NCBI GenBank assembly: GCA_964016885.1
Contig: OZ024742.1
Location: 356,252,001 to 356,316,000 of the forward strand
DNA length: 64,000 bases
Direction of reading: 5' to 3'
From: Eledone cirrhosa
Taxonomy: Eukaryota
Shown here: positions 30,725 through 45,800 of the stretch, one piece after another
How the letters are laid out: every line of letters begins with the position of its first letter
How positions within the stretch are numbered: the first letter of the stretch is position 1
Program-made: the position numbers and the translations under genes
The notes under the pieces: generated by a model
The model's input: the letters and a program-made list of their open reading frames with translations, nothing else
Database searches by the model: none
What the model was told of the DNA's origin: nothing

Positions 30725-33118
30725 TAAAGAGTAAATACATAGTATACAAGCATTGACAAAGCCAAAACAGAAGATTATATGTGGGGATGCCATAAGTTGG
30801 GAGGAGTTTAAAGAGTAAAGTAAAAGGAGTAAAATAAGAAAAGAGTAAAATAAAAATAAATAAAAAAATAAAAATAAAAATAAAAATAAAAATGTTATCA
30901 CTCACAGTTGGGAAGGGTTCCGTTAACATACAGCTACATACAAGTATACGCATAAGCATGAGCACCCGCATGCACCTACACACAAGCACCCGTATGCAAC
31001 ACATACAGTATACACTAATACAAATAACATATCATAGACGGATGGGCACAAGTTAAGAGATAGAGATAGATAAAAAATAGATAAGAGGTAGATAAAAAAT
31101 AGATAAAAAATAGATAAAAAAATAAATAAAAATAGATAAAAAATAGATAAAAGATAAAAAATAAAATAAAATAGAATAAAATAAAATAAAATAAAATAAA
31201 ATAAAATAAAGTAAAGTAAAATATACACCAGAAGATAAATAAAACAATACACCAAAAAAAATGCAGTAAAATATACACCATAAAGGAAGGTGTGGGTAAA
31301 GATAAGACTGGCAAATGCATCAAGCTATGTTCAACAAGTGATATACGTACAACATATAAAATACACAAAAATATATATAAAAAATATATATAAAAGAGAC
31401 GTATATATAAGGATATATATATATATATATACACATATCAGTCCAAGTAATGCATATTTATAAAAATGTAACTGGGGGTAAAAAGATGTAATAAGGGTAA
31501 TCAAGATGGTAATTATTAGGGCATGTAATAATAATATTATAATATAAATCCTAAGGTGACACTAGTGTTGACTCATGGTGATATATGGAATATATCAGGA
31601 GCACACGAACGTCTTAGGTGTTGCAGTTAGCCGCAGTTCCACAATAGAGTGTTCGAATGAGATTTTTTATGAACAGATGCTATGTCCGCACTAGATTGAG
31701 TGGACCATTACAATGCAATGGAAACATCCCAGGTTGGACAGTCCCAAAAGTTCACACTCCAAAGTTCAATCCACAGGTGTGCATTCATAGAGTTGAGCGG
31801 TTGGGCAATCCCAAAAAGTTCACACTCCAAAGTTCAATACACAGATGTGCATTCATAGAGTTGAGCACTCAGGCAAGAATTAATTGGTTAACAAGGTGTA
31901 TCCGTATCGCAAGCAGGAGCATATGCTGGGAAGGTTGCAGGCAAATTCATATACAGCAGCACGAACATCAAGAGGCAAATAACTGAGGCGCATATTAGTG
32001 AGCAGAAGCAGGCAAGTGCAGGTGGTAAAACACAGTCAGGTGAAGCAGGTTATTATGCATACCATTTAATATAAGAAAACTCAACAACGTTCACAACAAA
32101 TAGCTTCCAAAGCCGATAACCACAAAATCACAACATTGAGCAAAAATTCGGCATCGCAAGAATGTACGCAACATTAGGGTCAGTCCAGAGACAGTATATG
32201 TATACTTATACATACACACATACACACAGAGATGTATATATAGAGACAGTATACATACACATATATACAGAGACAGTATATATATATATATATACACATA
32301 CACGTATATACACATAAATATATATATATACACACCGCACCGGACACCCAAATCTACGCGGATATATTACACAAAATATCTTACCCAGTTAAACCTTATG
32401 AGGAGATGCGTATTCACACGTGTAGTCACCAGATTCAAGTATAAACAAACCGTTAATAAATACGGAAGGCTATCGGGGCCAAAACATTATTTTTGGGAGA
32501 ATAACACAGAGCGTCAATCTATGGAAGACCAACTATGCCAAAAATACAACACCGGACAAAAACACCCCAAAGTCAGCATGTAGACTGTGAACCGCAGAAT
32601 GGGAGGGTAACACATACATGTATTCCATATCTACTGCCCACGGCGAGATGGCACAGGTCAGCTCTCAGTGACTGGCTAAATCTCCGTCCCATATGGGCAC
32701 AGGCCCATTGGTTCACTCCGAGTCAACAAGGTAATTTAAATAAACTAAAATAAGATAAAATGTGAGGGGCAGGTTAAATATAATCAATTGTGCATCTTAT
32801 AACGCAGTACACACTCTACATAGATGTATTACATCACAACTCATGAGCATACAAAGGTACAAATCCATACAATACACGTTGGGATAGACCCACTAATGCA
32901 CAAACACACACACGGTGGCTGGGCAAGTATGGAAGGGTCACATCCACTGTACCGAACAAGGGTGCTTATTAACATATACACCAACTCACGTATACATCTC
33001 GATATCCAAATTCCATATTCACATGCAGGCATACATATACACACAGACACATATACAAACAAGACAAACAATAGGAGACAATTACACTAGATTACCCAAC
33101 TGGAAAATTCTGAAAGTG

Positions 33119-35605
33119 CTAGCTAATAGGCTTAAAGTAAAAGAAAGAGCTTAATATCCGGTGGGGGCAAGAGGAAAATATTTCCGACTTTCTATTTAGT
33201 AGGGAGCACTTGGCAAATATAATAGAGTGGGATTCCGTAAGGCATAGGTTACATACTCTATTAGGAGGAGTATATGGATGGGATTTAGCAACTTGCCGCC
33301 AAGTGAGGGTGTACTGTGTTCGTGCATTTTTTAAATTGTGGACGTGCGCTGCTAAGGAGGTAGAATTCTTCAGTTTATTATGTCTAAATGTACACTGGTG
33401 AGAATTAAATCTGGTTTTAAAAGGGGTGGAAGTTGATCCAATATAAGTTTTAGTGGACGCAGTAGTTACCACATCACACGCATAAACTATGTTTCTAGTA
33501 AGGCAGAAACCATTCAGGGGGCAGCCTGAAGCCCTTCTACAGTTACAATTTCTGGTGATGCTATTATCTAAATGATCACCAGCTTGCTGACCACGGGTGT
33601 TCAGGCTACCTCTGTCGACTCCAATGTTTTCCCCTAGGCGTAAGGTGTCGAGGCCTTCCTTAATTTTCTTATTATTGGTATTGGCTAGATGAGAGGCCAG
33701 ATTTTGGGTTGTAGAATACGAGAGTTTAACCACATTCTTATTGAGGATAGAATGGTACCTATTACCAGGAGGGAAGTTCCTTTCTAACACAGAGAAGAAG
33801 GCCCTAGGAATATTCGTAGCCACTTCGGAGTTAAATGGGGGGTTAAAATATGTATTCAATCTTCTTCTATTCTTTTTATTTTTATTACTATTATTATTAC
33901 TATTATTATTACCATTATGATTATTATTAATTCCATTGCTAAGGTTACTATGTTCACCTAATCTATGCGGGGAGCTAAGAGGCCTACCGTTATTGTTACT
34001 TAGTCCATTGGTACCCTGTTGGTGCATTTTACCGGCATTCAAAACCCTCATGTTCGAAACACCTCTATTACCAATGGACATATTATGTGTTATAATAACA
34101 CTGGTAGAGCTACTATTTGGACTATTATTACCCTGGGCATAATGTAATTTGTCCCTAAAGCCGGATCTAGCTAAGGCATCATTATAATAATCAGCCTGCG
34201 AGTTAAACGCCTCTTCGCTATGTGAGAGTGAACTTATTCTGTTAGAGACCCCCTTCAATATACCACTGATGACCGACTTAGGGTGGTTGGAGTTAGTATT
34301 CACATAAGTCAGCAATTCATTAGGCTTATGGTACGGTGTGTACGTATGGTTACCTAAGTCCAATGTAACATCAAGGAAGTTGACAGTCCTATCAGTTATA
34401 TCCATAGTAATGGACAGATTGAAGGTTTTAAAGAATTTATACAGCTTTTTCCTAATGCGCACTATATTATACTTGCTAGCATCTATGGAGAGTAAGGCAT
34501 CATCACGGTACAACCCACCCCTAAGGAATGGGAAGTTACTATGTAGTTCAGTAAGGAGGTAGAGCCCAACTAAGTCGGTGACCTGAGCAGAATCACCTGA
34601 CCCCATAGTAATGTCAAAATTATCCGGTGTGTTTTTTCTCGTCCATAAATTATCCTCAAACATAATGATGGTTTTACGTGCAGCGAGAATGATATCTATC
34701 TGTGGCCGTGTAATGACCCCTCTCTGCATGGCTAGGATAAGGGCCTTATTGAGGATGATAAGAGATATAGATGTATAATAAGCATCAATATCAAATTGGA
34801 TAAACCTAAGCGAATCACGGCTACAATCCGTAGAAAACCACCTAATGACTTCACTAGTATTATCCCAAAGCTCAAGGAATGTTTTTTCTTTAACCAGGGG
34901 AATTACGCTATCTAAGATTCTCTTACTTATAATCCCCAAATCAGACTTGGAGGGGCAGATAAGCCTAACTGAGGGGCTACTAATAAAGTTTTCCTTATGG
35001 TCCTTAAGGGTGAATCTAGGCTGTTTGGGGTAATATTGTTGAGTGTGTTTATCTAGACCTAATTTTACTACTATGTTATACCCCTCTAGATTAATATTAT
35101 CTAAATTACTCTGCGTTGTTTTTTTGTAGTTCCTATGTAGTTCATTATAAATGAAGCCACGATAAGTTTTATAATCCATACTATACAGGTTTTTAGTTTT
35201 GTCGGAAGGGACCAGAATAGATTTATTATCCTTAAAGTCCTTAACGATAGAACCGAGTTTACTCTGAAACTTATTGGTACATCTAGATTTTTTATACCTA
35301 ATATTCCTGACAAGGGATAACAGCTCACTTTCGAAATTATCCAATAGGCTATTGTGTGGGGGGCTCCTGTATGTCTTAAAGCCATAATTATTAAAACTAC
35401 ACTTATCATCAGGGTTATCATACTTCTTATCAAAATGGAACGCACGCCACCGAACACGTTTTACAAAGGAATTTATGCTAGTTATAAGCATTTTCTCATA
35501 TGAAATTTTAGAAGGGGTGGGAATATTCTTCAAAGAAATGGGTAAGTATGTCTTTGTTAGCATACTGCCTGATGATATACAAAAATATAAATTCACGTAT
35601 ATCAA
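33119..35605 (-). CDS. Intact PLE RT-GIY-YIG polyprotein (828 codons; first ATG at 35563)
   Basis: [52 protein letters not shown]-x5-C-x5-[27 protein letters not shown]; no stops. Confidence 0.93.
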   Translation of the reverse strand: MIYVNLYFCISSGSMLTKTYLPISLKNIPTPSKISYEKMLITSINSFVKRVRWRAFHFDKKYDNPDDKCSFNNYGFKTYRSPPHNSLLDNFESELLSLVRNIRYKKSRCTNKFQSKLGSIVKDFKDNKSILVPSDKTKNLYSMDYKTYRGFIYNELHRNYKKTTQSNLDNINLEGYNIVVKLGLDKHTQQYYPKQPRFTLKDHKENFISSPSVRLICPSKSDLGIISKRILDSVIPLVKEKTFLELWDNTSEVIRWFSTDCSRDSLRFIQFDIDAYYTSISLIILNKALILAMQRGVITRPQIDIILAARKTIIMFEDNLWTRKNTPDNFDITMGSGDSAQVTDLVGLYLLTELHSNFPFLRGGLYRDDALLSIDASKYNIVRIRKKLYKFFKTFNLSITMDITDRTVNFLDVTLDLGNHTYTPYHKPNELLTYVNTNSNHPKSVISGILKGVSNRISSLSHSEEAFNSQADYYNDALARSGFRDKLHYAQGNNSPNSSSTSVIITHNMSIGNRGVSNMRVLNAGKMHQQGTNGLSNNNGRPLSSPHRLGEHSNLSNGINNNHNGNNNSNNNSNKNKKNRRRLNTYFNPPFNSEVATNIPRAFFSVLERNFPPGNRYHSILNKNVVKLSYSTTQNLASHLANTNNKKIKEGLDTLRLGENIGVDRGSLNTRGQQAGDHLDNSITRNCNCRRASGCPLNGFCLTRNIVYACDVVTTASTKTYIGSTSTPFKTRFNSHQCTFRHNKLKNSTSLAAHVHNLKNARTQYTLTWRQVAKSHPYTPPNRVCNLCLTESHSIIFAKCSLLNRKSEIFSSCPHRILSSFFYFKPIS

Positions 35606-35772
35606 AGTTAAAGCTCAACCAGTGGAAGCCGTATAATATATAAGGGAGAGAATAGGGAGTGTGTAACACTCCACTTATCAAATAGGCAGTATATGGTTAG
35701 CTCAATGTCGGAGGACAGAGCCGTAATACAATTAACAACAAAGAGCGCTTAGAACATAGGTATATCTTTAAT

Positions 35773-35818
35773 TGCTAACAGTGTTTCGTCCACACTAGAA
35801 GTGGGACTCTTCAGAGCA
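35773..35818 (-). ncRNA. Minimal type I hammerhead ribozyme (family C 5' pLTR), GUU site
   Basis: TGCT CTGAAGA GTCCCACT-TCT-AGTGTGGAC GAAA CACTG TT AGCA. Confidence 0.8.
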
Positions 35819-37082
35819 TAAAGAGTAAATACATAGTATACAAGCATTGACAAAGCCAATACAGAAGAATATATGTGGGGATACCATAAGTTGGGAGGAG
35901 TTTAAAGAGTAAAGTAAAAGAAGTAAAATAAGAAAAAAAAAAAAAAATGAAAATAAAAAAAAAATAAAAATAAAAATGTTATCACTCACAGTTGGGAAGG
36001 GTTCCGTTAACATACAGCTACATACAAGTATACGCATAAGCATGAGCACCCGCATGCACCTACACACAAGCACCCGTATGCAACACATACAGTATACACT
36101 AATACAAATAACATATCATAGACGGATGGGCAGAAGTTAAAGGATAGATAGATAAAAAAAATAGATAAGAGGTAGATAAAAAATACATAAAAAATAGATA
36201 AAAAATAGATAAGAAATAGATAAAAAATAGATAAAAAATAGATAAGAGATTAAAAAAAAATAAATAAATAAAATAAAATAAAATAAAATAAAATAAAATA
36301 AAGTAAAGTAAAATATACACCAGAAGATAAATAAAACAATACACCCAAAAAAATGGAGTAAAATATACAACATAAAGTGTAGTTTTATTTATCTTCTGGT
36401 GTATATTTTACTTTACTTTATTTTATTTTATTTTATTTTATTTTATTTTAATTTTTATCTTTTATCTATTTTTTATCTATTTTTTTATCTATTTTAATCT
36501 ATTTTTTATATATTTCTTATCTATTTTTATCTATTTTTATCTATTTTTATCTATTTTTATCTATTTTTTAACTATTTTTTATCTACCTCTTATCTATTTT
36601 TTATCTATCTCTATCTGTAAACCTGTGCCCATCCGTCTATATGTTATTTGTATTAGTGTATACTGTATGTTTGCATACGGGTGCTTGTGTGTAGGTGCAT
36701 GCGGGTGCTCATGCTTATGCGTATACTTGTATGTAGCTGTATGTTAACGGAACCCTGCCCAACTGTAAGTCATAACATTTTTATTTTTATTTTTATTTTT
36801 ATTTTTATTTTTTATTTTTTTATTTTTTTATTTTTTTATTTTTTTATTTTTTTATTTTTTTATTTTTTTATTTTTTTATTTTTTTATTTTTTTATTTTTT
36901 TATTTTTTTATTTTTTTATTTTTTTATTTTTTTATTTTTTTATTTTTTTATTTTTTTATTTTTTTATTTTCTTATTTTACTCCTTTTACTTTACTCTTTA
37001 AACTCCTCCCAACTTATGGTATCCCCACATATTCTTCTGTTTTGGCTTTGTCAATGCTTGTATAATATGTATTTACTCTTTA

Positions 37083-37124
37083 TGCTCTGAAGAGTCCCAC
37101 TTCTAGTGTGGACGAAACACTGTT
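37083..37124 (+). ncRNA. Hammerhead ribozyme (family C inverted pLTR) lacking the 3' strand of stem I
   Basis: Core intact; 36 nt missing after GTT. Confidence 0.6.
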
Positions 37125-37219
37125 TGTTGTTAATTGTATTACGGCTCTGTCCTCCGACATTGAGCTAACCATATACTGCCTATTTGATTAGTGGAATGTT
37201 ACACACTCCCTATTCTCTC

Positions 37220-39778
<2,559 letters not shown>

Positions 39779-40088
39779 TAGGAGGTGAGTTTTATTGTAG
39801 TACAATAAAGCAATGCAGATATCGGATAAGAAGCACTCTACAGTTTGTGGGACTGGAGTATGCATAATATAAGATCAAAAGATGGTTAAAGGAGTTCCAT
39901 ATATTTTATTATGCGCATTTCAAAAACAAACATCATCATGCAATAATATTTGTGTTTTCATCAGATAAAATAGGAGAACATGATATGAAGGCTAAAAAAC
40001 ACTTGTGGATAGTGCAGTTTTAATCAACATTTGAAATGTGCATAATAAAATATATGGAACTCCTTTAACCATCTTTTGATCTTATATT
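39779..40088 (-). mobile_element. PLE family F solo pLTR with short inverted duplication (39867-39924 vs 40030-40087)
   Basis: Homologous to 63362-63615, which is linked to a PLE ORF fragment. Confidence 0.8.
39902..39972 (-). ncRNA. Minimal type I hammerhead ribozyme (family F)
   Basis: TATTTTAT CTGATGA long stem II GAAA TGCGCA TA ATAAAATA; perfect stem I, palindromic stem III. Confidence 0.8.
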
Positions 40089-40131
40089 ATGTATATATAT
40101 ATATATGTATATATATATATAAATATATATG

Positions 40132-40164
<33 letters not shown>

Positions 40165-40290
40165 GTATATGTGTATATGTATGTATATATATATATATGT
40201 ATATATATGTATATATGTATACGTATATATATATGTATATGTATGTATATATATATATATGTATATATATATGTATATGTATATATATAT

Positions 40291-40371
40291 ATTGTTATAC
40301 TTTGGGAGGGTCATGTTGCCAACACACGATTTCAGTTAAAAGCATCTTGCTAAACAAATTCAGAAACGAAA
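40291..40371. mobile_element. 80-bp mini-element, copy 4
   Basis: Near-identical to 21151-21230. Confidence 0.8.
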
Positions 40372-40392
40372 TATATTTCATATATGTATATA

Positions 40393-40479
<87 letters not shown>

Positions 40480-40486
40480 GTATATC

Positions 40487-40524
<38 letters not shown>

Positions 40525-40596
40525 TATGTGTGTATATAATATATATATATATATATATGTAAATATATATATATATATATATGTGTGTGTATATAA

Positions 40597-40670
<74 letters not shown>

Positions 40671-40756
40671 GTATATATATATATGTATATATATATATAA
40701 AGCATTTTGAAGACCGTAAGCTATTGTTTTAAAGTAGTGACAAAATCACTCACTTT

Positions 40757-40849
40757 GATCTCAGCAAACAGGGGAGATAAGCCGACATGACATGTTTCGC
40801 TTTTGTTGAAGCTTATCAAGGCCAACTACCCCACCTGTCTACTGAGATC
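40757..40849 (-). ncRNA. Type I hammerhead with U3-A8 variant core and extended stem I
   Basis: GGCC TTGATAA GCTT-CAACAA-AAGC GAAA CATGTCATG TC GGCT, enclosed by GATCTCAGTAGACAGG/CCTGTTTGCTGAGATC. Confidence 0.7.
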
Positions 40850-41072
40850 AATGATGTTATATTCTTATCGAAATCTAGTAAATAATCAGGAGCTGATTAT
40901 GCAGAGTGGTTGTTGGTTAGGCAGAAACTAAAAATTAGAATTGGAGCTCTGAAATAGCAATATATATATGGATGTATATATAATGTATTTTGAAATACAC
41001 TTTATGCTTAATTAAAAGCATTTTGAAGACCGTAAGCTATTGTTTTAAAGTAGTGACAAATTCACTCACTTT

Positions 41073-41165
41073 GATCTCAGCAAACAGGGGAGATAAGCCG
41101 ACATGACATGTTTCGCTTTTGTTGAAGCTTATCAAGGCCAACTACCCCACCTGTCTACTGAGATC
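41073..41165 (-). ncRNA. Type I hammerhead (U3-A8 core), copy 2
   Basis: Same as 40757-40849, offset 316 bp. Confidence 0.7.
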
Positions 41166-41427
41166 AATGATGTTATATTCTTATAGAAATCTAGTAAATA
41201 ATCAGGAGCTGATTATGCAGAGCGGTTGTTGGTCAGGCAGAAATTAAAAATTAGAATTGGAGCTCTGAAATAGCAATATATATATGGATGTATATATAAT
41301 GTATTTTGCAATACACTTTATGCTTAATTAAAAGCATTGTAATTTTTAATTTCTGCCTGACAAACAACCGCTCTGCATAATCAGCTCCTGATTATTTACT
41401 AGATTTCTATAAGAATATAACATCATT

Positions 41428-41520
41428 GATCTCAGTAGACAGGCGGGGTAGTTGGCCTTGATAAGCTTCAATAAAAGCGAAATATGTCATGTTGGCTTAT
41501 CTCCCCTGTTTGCTGAGATC
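41428..41520 (+). ncRNA. Type I hammerhead (U3-A8 core), inverted copy, GUU site
   Basis: GGCC TTGATAA GCTT..AAGC GAAA TATGTCATG TT GGCT. Confidence 0.65.
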
Positions 41521-41656
41521 AAAGTTAGTGAATTTGTCACTACTTTAAAACAATAGCTTACGGTCTTCAAAATGCTTTAATTAAGCATAAAGTGTATTGC
41601 AAAATACATTATATATACATCTATATATATATTGCTATTTCAGAGCTCCAATTCTA

Positions 41657-43440
<1,784 letters not shown>

Positions 43441-43690
43441 GTAGAAAGTGAGGTTTTTTTTTTACAAAATGAAAAATAACCGAGGTGTCCTACACGAGTG
43501 AAAGTATAAAGAAAAAGAGATGAAATCGAAAATGCAACTGAAGGCTTATTTTTTTTTTTTTTTTTTTGTTTAAATATATATATTTATTTGGTTCCTTTAC
43601 CGGTTTCGCAGTTCTTCTGCTTTTCAAAAGGTGAGTTGAGATGGAGGGTCTGTGGTTTTTCTCACATCTGTATATATATATATGTATATA

Positions 43691-43733
<43 letters not shown>

Positions 43734-44107
43734 GTATATATATATTTATATGTATATATATATATATATGTATATATATACATATATATATACATATATT
43801 TTATACCATAAGCGCGTAATTGTTTTTCACCGCTCCTATTAATGACGCATTATTCGTTTTTTCCCGTTCTTTGCCAGCGAACGTCACCATGAACCAAAGT
43901 ATCGTCTTCCTCTCTTCCTCCGGTTGCAACGTTTTTTGAAATATCCAGTTCTGCGTTTACAGATTGACTTTGTCAGTTTCAGAAGATCCCGTTAAGGGTG
44001 AAAGCAGTGATTCTTTGCTTAAACTTTAATCTGTTATTTTAATAAATATATATATATATATATATACGATATTAAACAAATGGAAACTATATTTATAAAA
44101 CCATATT

Positions 44108-44173
44108 TATTTCATTATATATATTTCAGCGATACCATATTAAAAATATGGTATGCCTTCCTCAGACAAAATA
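44108..44173 (-). ncRNA. Minimal type I hammerhead ribozyme (A2)
   Basis: CTGAGGA core, stem II ATACCATATT/AATATGGTAT, GAAA TATATA TA. Confidence 0.75.
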
Positions 44174-45087
44174 CAATATATAAACCGTTTTGTAAATAAA
44201 TTTGACATACCTAGAACAGTGCAACTTCCATTTAAAAAGTTGATTTGGTAGTGAAAATGTTGAGGACAGTTAAAAAGAAGGACGAAGAGAAAAAAGAAAA
44301 AAATAAGAAAAAAAAAGAAAAAAGAAGAGAAGAAGAAAGAAAGTATATAGCGCTAAGGACAGTTAGAGAAGAAGATGAAGAGATGTATGCAAAGAAAGCA
44401 ACAGAGCGAGATAGAGAGAAAGAGATATGGGAGAGAGAAATATATTGAGGGAGTGAAAAATGATAGGCAGCTTGGAGACAGATGATCAGCGTACAAATGA
44501 GATATTAAGGAGGGAAGGGGGTACTGTAATTATTTATTTATTTATTTATTTAGTTATAGTGTTAAGGATACGGAGAGAAATATGATAAATAAAGAGAGGT
44601 AGAGAGAGATATATGTGGTGGGAGAAAAGAGGTAGATCGAGTAATATCTATCATACGAGGTGGGAGAGATACAGTTAAAAAACAGCCGATATATAAGTCC
44701 CGTCAAGTGTAGAGGAGAAAAAGAAAGAAAGATGATATATTTAAAATATATTTAAAATATTATGTCTCGTCGATTTGAATTATCAATTCATATGAATTAG
44801 GTATTACAATGTAGATATCAATATTCATGAATGAGACACATATCAATAATGTGTGAAAAAAATGAAAAAATAATGACCCCATGTTTAGTTTAAAAATTCT
44901 TAGGTTTATAAGCAAAATCTGAGATAAAACTTCAAAAATACTGAAATACATAAGTATATATGTATTTTTCTGAAAAATAACTGAAAAATAACTGTCCTCA
45001 ACATTTTCACTACCAAATCAACTTTTTAAATGGAAGTTGCACTGTTCTAGGTATGTCAAATTTATTTATAAAACGGTTTATATATTG

Positions 45088-45153
45088 TAGTTTGTCTGAG
45101 GAAGGCATACCATATTTTTAATATGGTATCCCTGAAATATATATAATGAAATA
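45088..45153 (+). ncRNA. Minimal type I hammerhead ribozyme (A2 inverted copy)
   Basis: CTGAGGA AGGCATACCATATT-TTT-AATATGGTATCCCT GAAA TATATA TA ATGAAATA. Confidence 0.75.
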
Positions 45154-45391
45154 AATATTGTTTTATAAATATAGTTTCCATTTGTTTAATATCGTAAACC
45201 TACTCCAAAATCAGTTGAGTGCTTTTATATCAGTTATAAAATATTTACTCGTTGTAACCCTACAATTTTAAATAAAACTTTTGCATATATATATATATAT
45301 ATATATATATAGATTTGAAGTTTATGTTGGTTGTATACCAGCACCTATATATCTGTGTATATATATATATATATGTATATGTATAGATATA

Positions 45392-45506
<115 letters not shown>

Positions 45507-45545
45507 GTATAGATATATATATGTATATATGTATATATATATAAG

Positions 45546-45576
<31 letters not shown>

Positions 45577-45641
45577 GTATATGTATATATGTATATGTAT
45601 ATATATATATATGTATATATATATATGTATATATATATATG

Positions 45642-45712
<71 letters not shown>

Positions 45713-45800
45713 ATAACTTTGAATAACTTTGAAATGTTTTGGCCAGTATTGGCCCAGGCCATGTCTAACTTAATAGCACCACCTGGCGAAGTCTTTCAAT

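Larger units (their letters stand above)
30634..37223 (-). mobile_element. PLE family C full-length: 3' region/pLTR 30634-33118, ORF, 5' pLTR 35725-36376, inverted pLTR ~36378-37223
   Basis: Direct repeat 30634-31283 vs 35727-36376, inverted third copy, TA flanks. Confidence 0.93.
44066..45284. mobile_element. PLE family A2 ORF-less pLTR (minus, 44066-~44985) plus inverted copy (~44991-45284)
   Basis: Diverged homologue of the family A pLTR; inverted repeat 44066-44272 vs 44990-45194. Confidence 0.85.
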
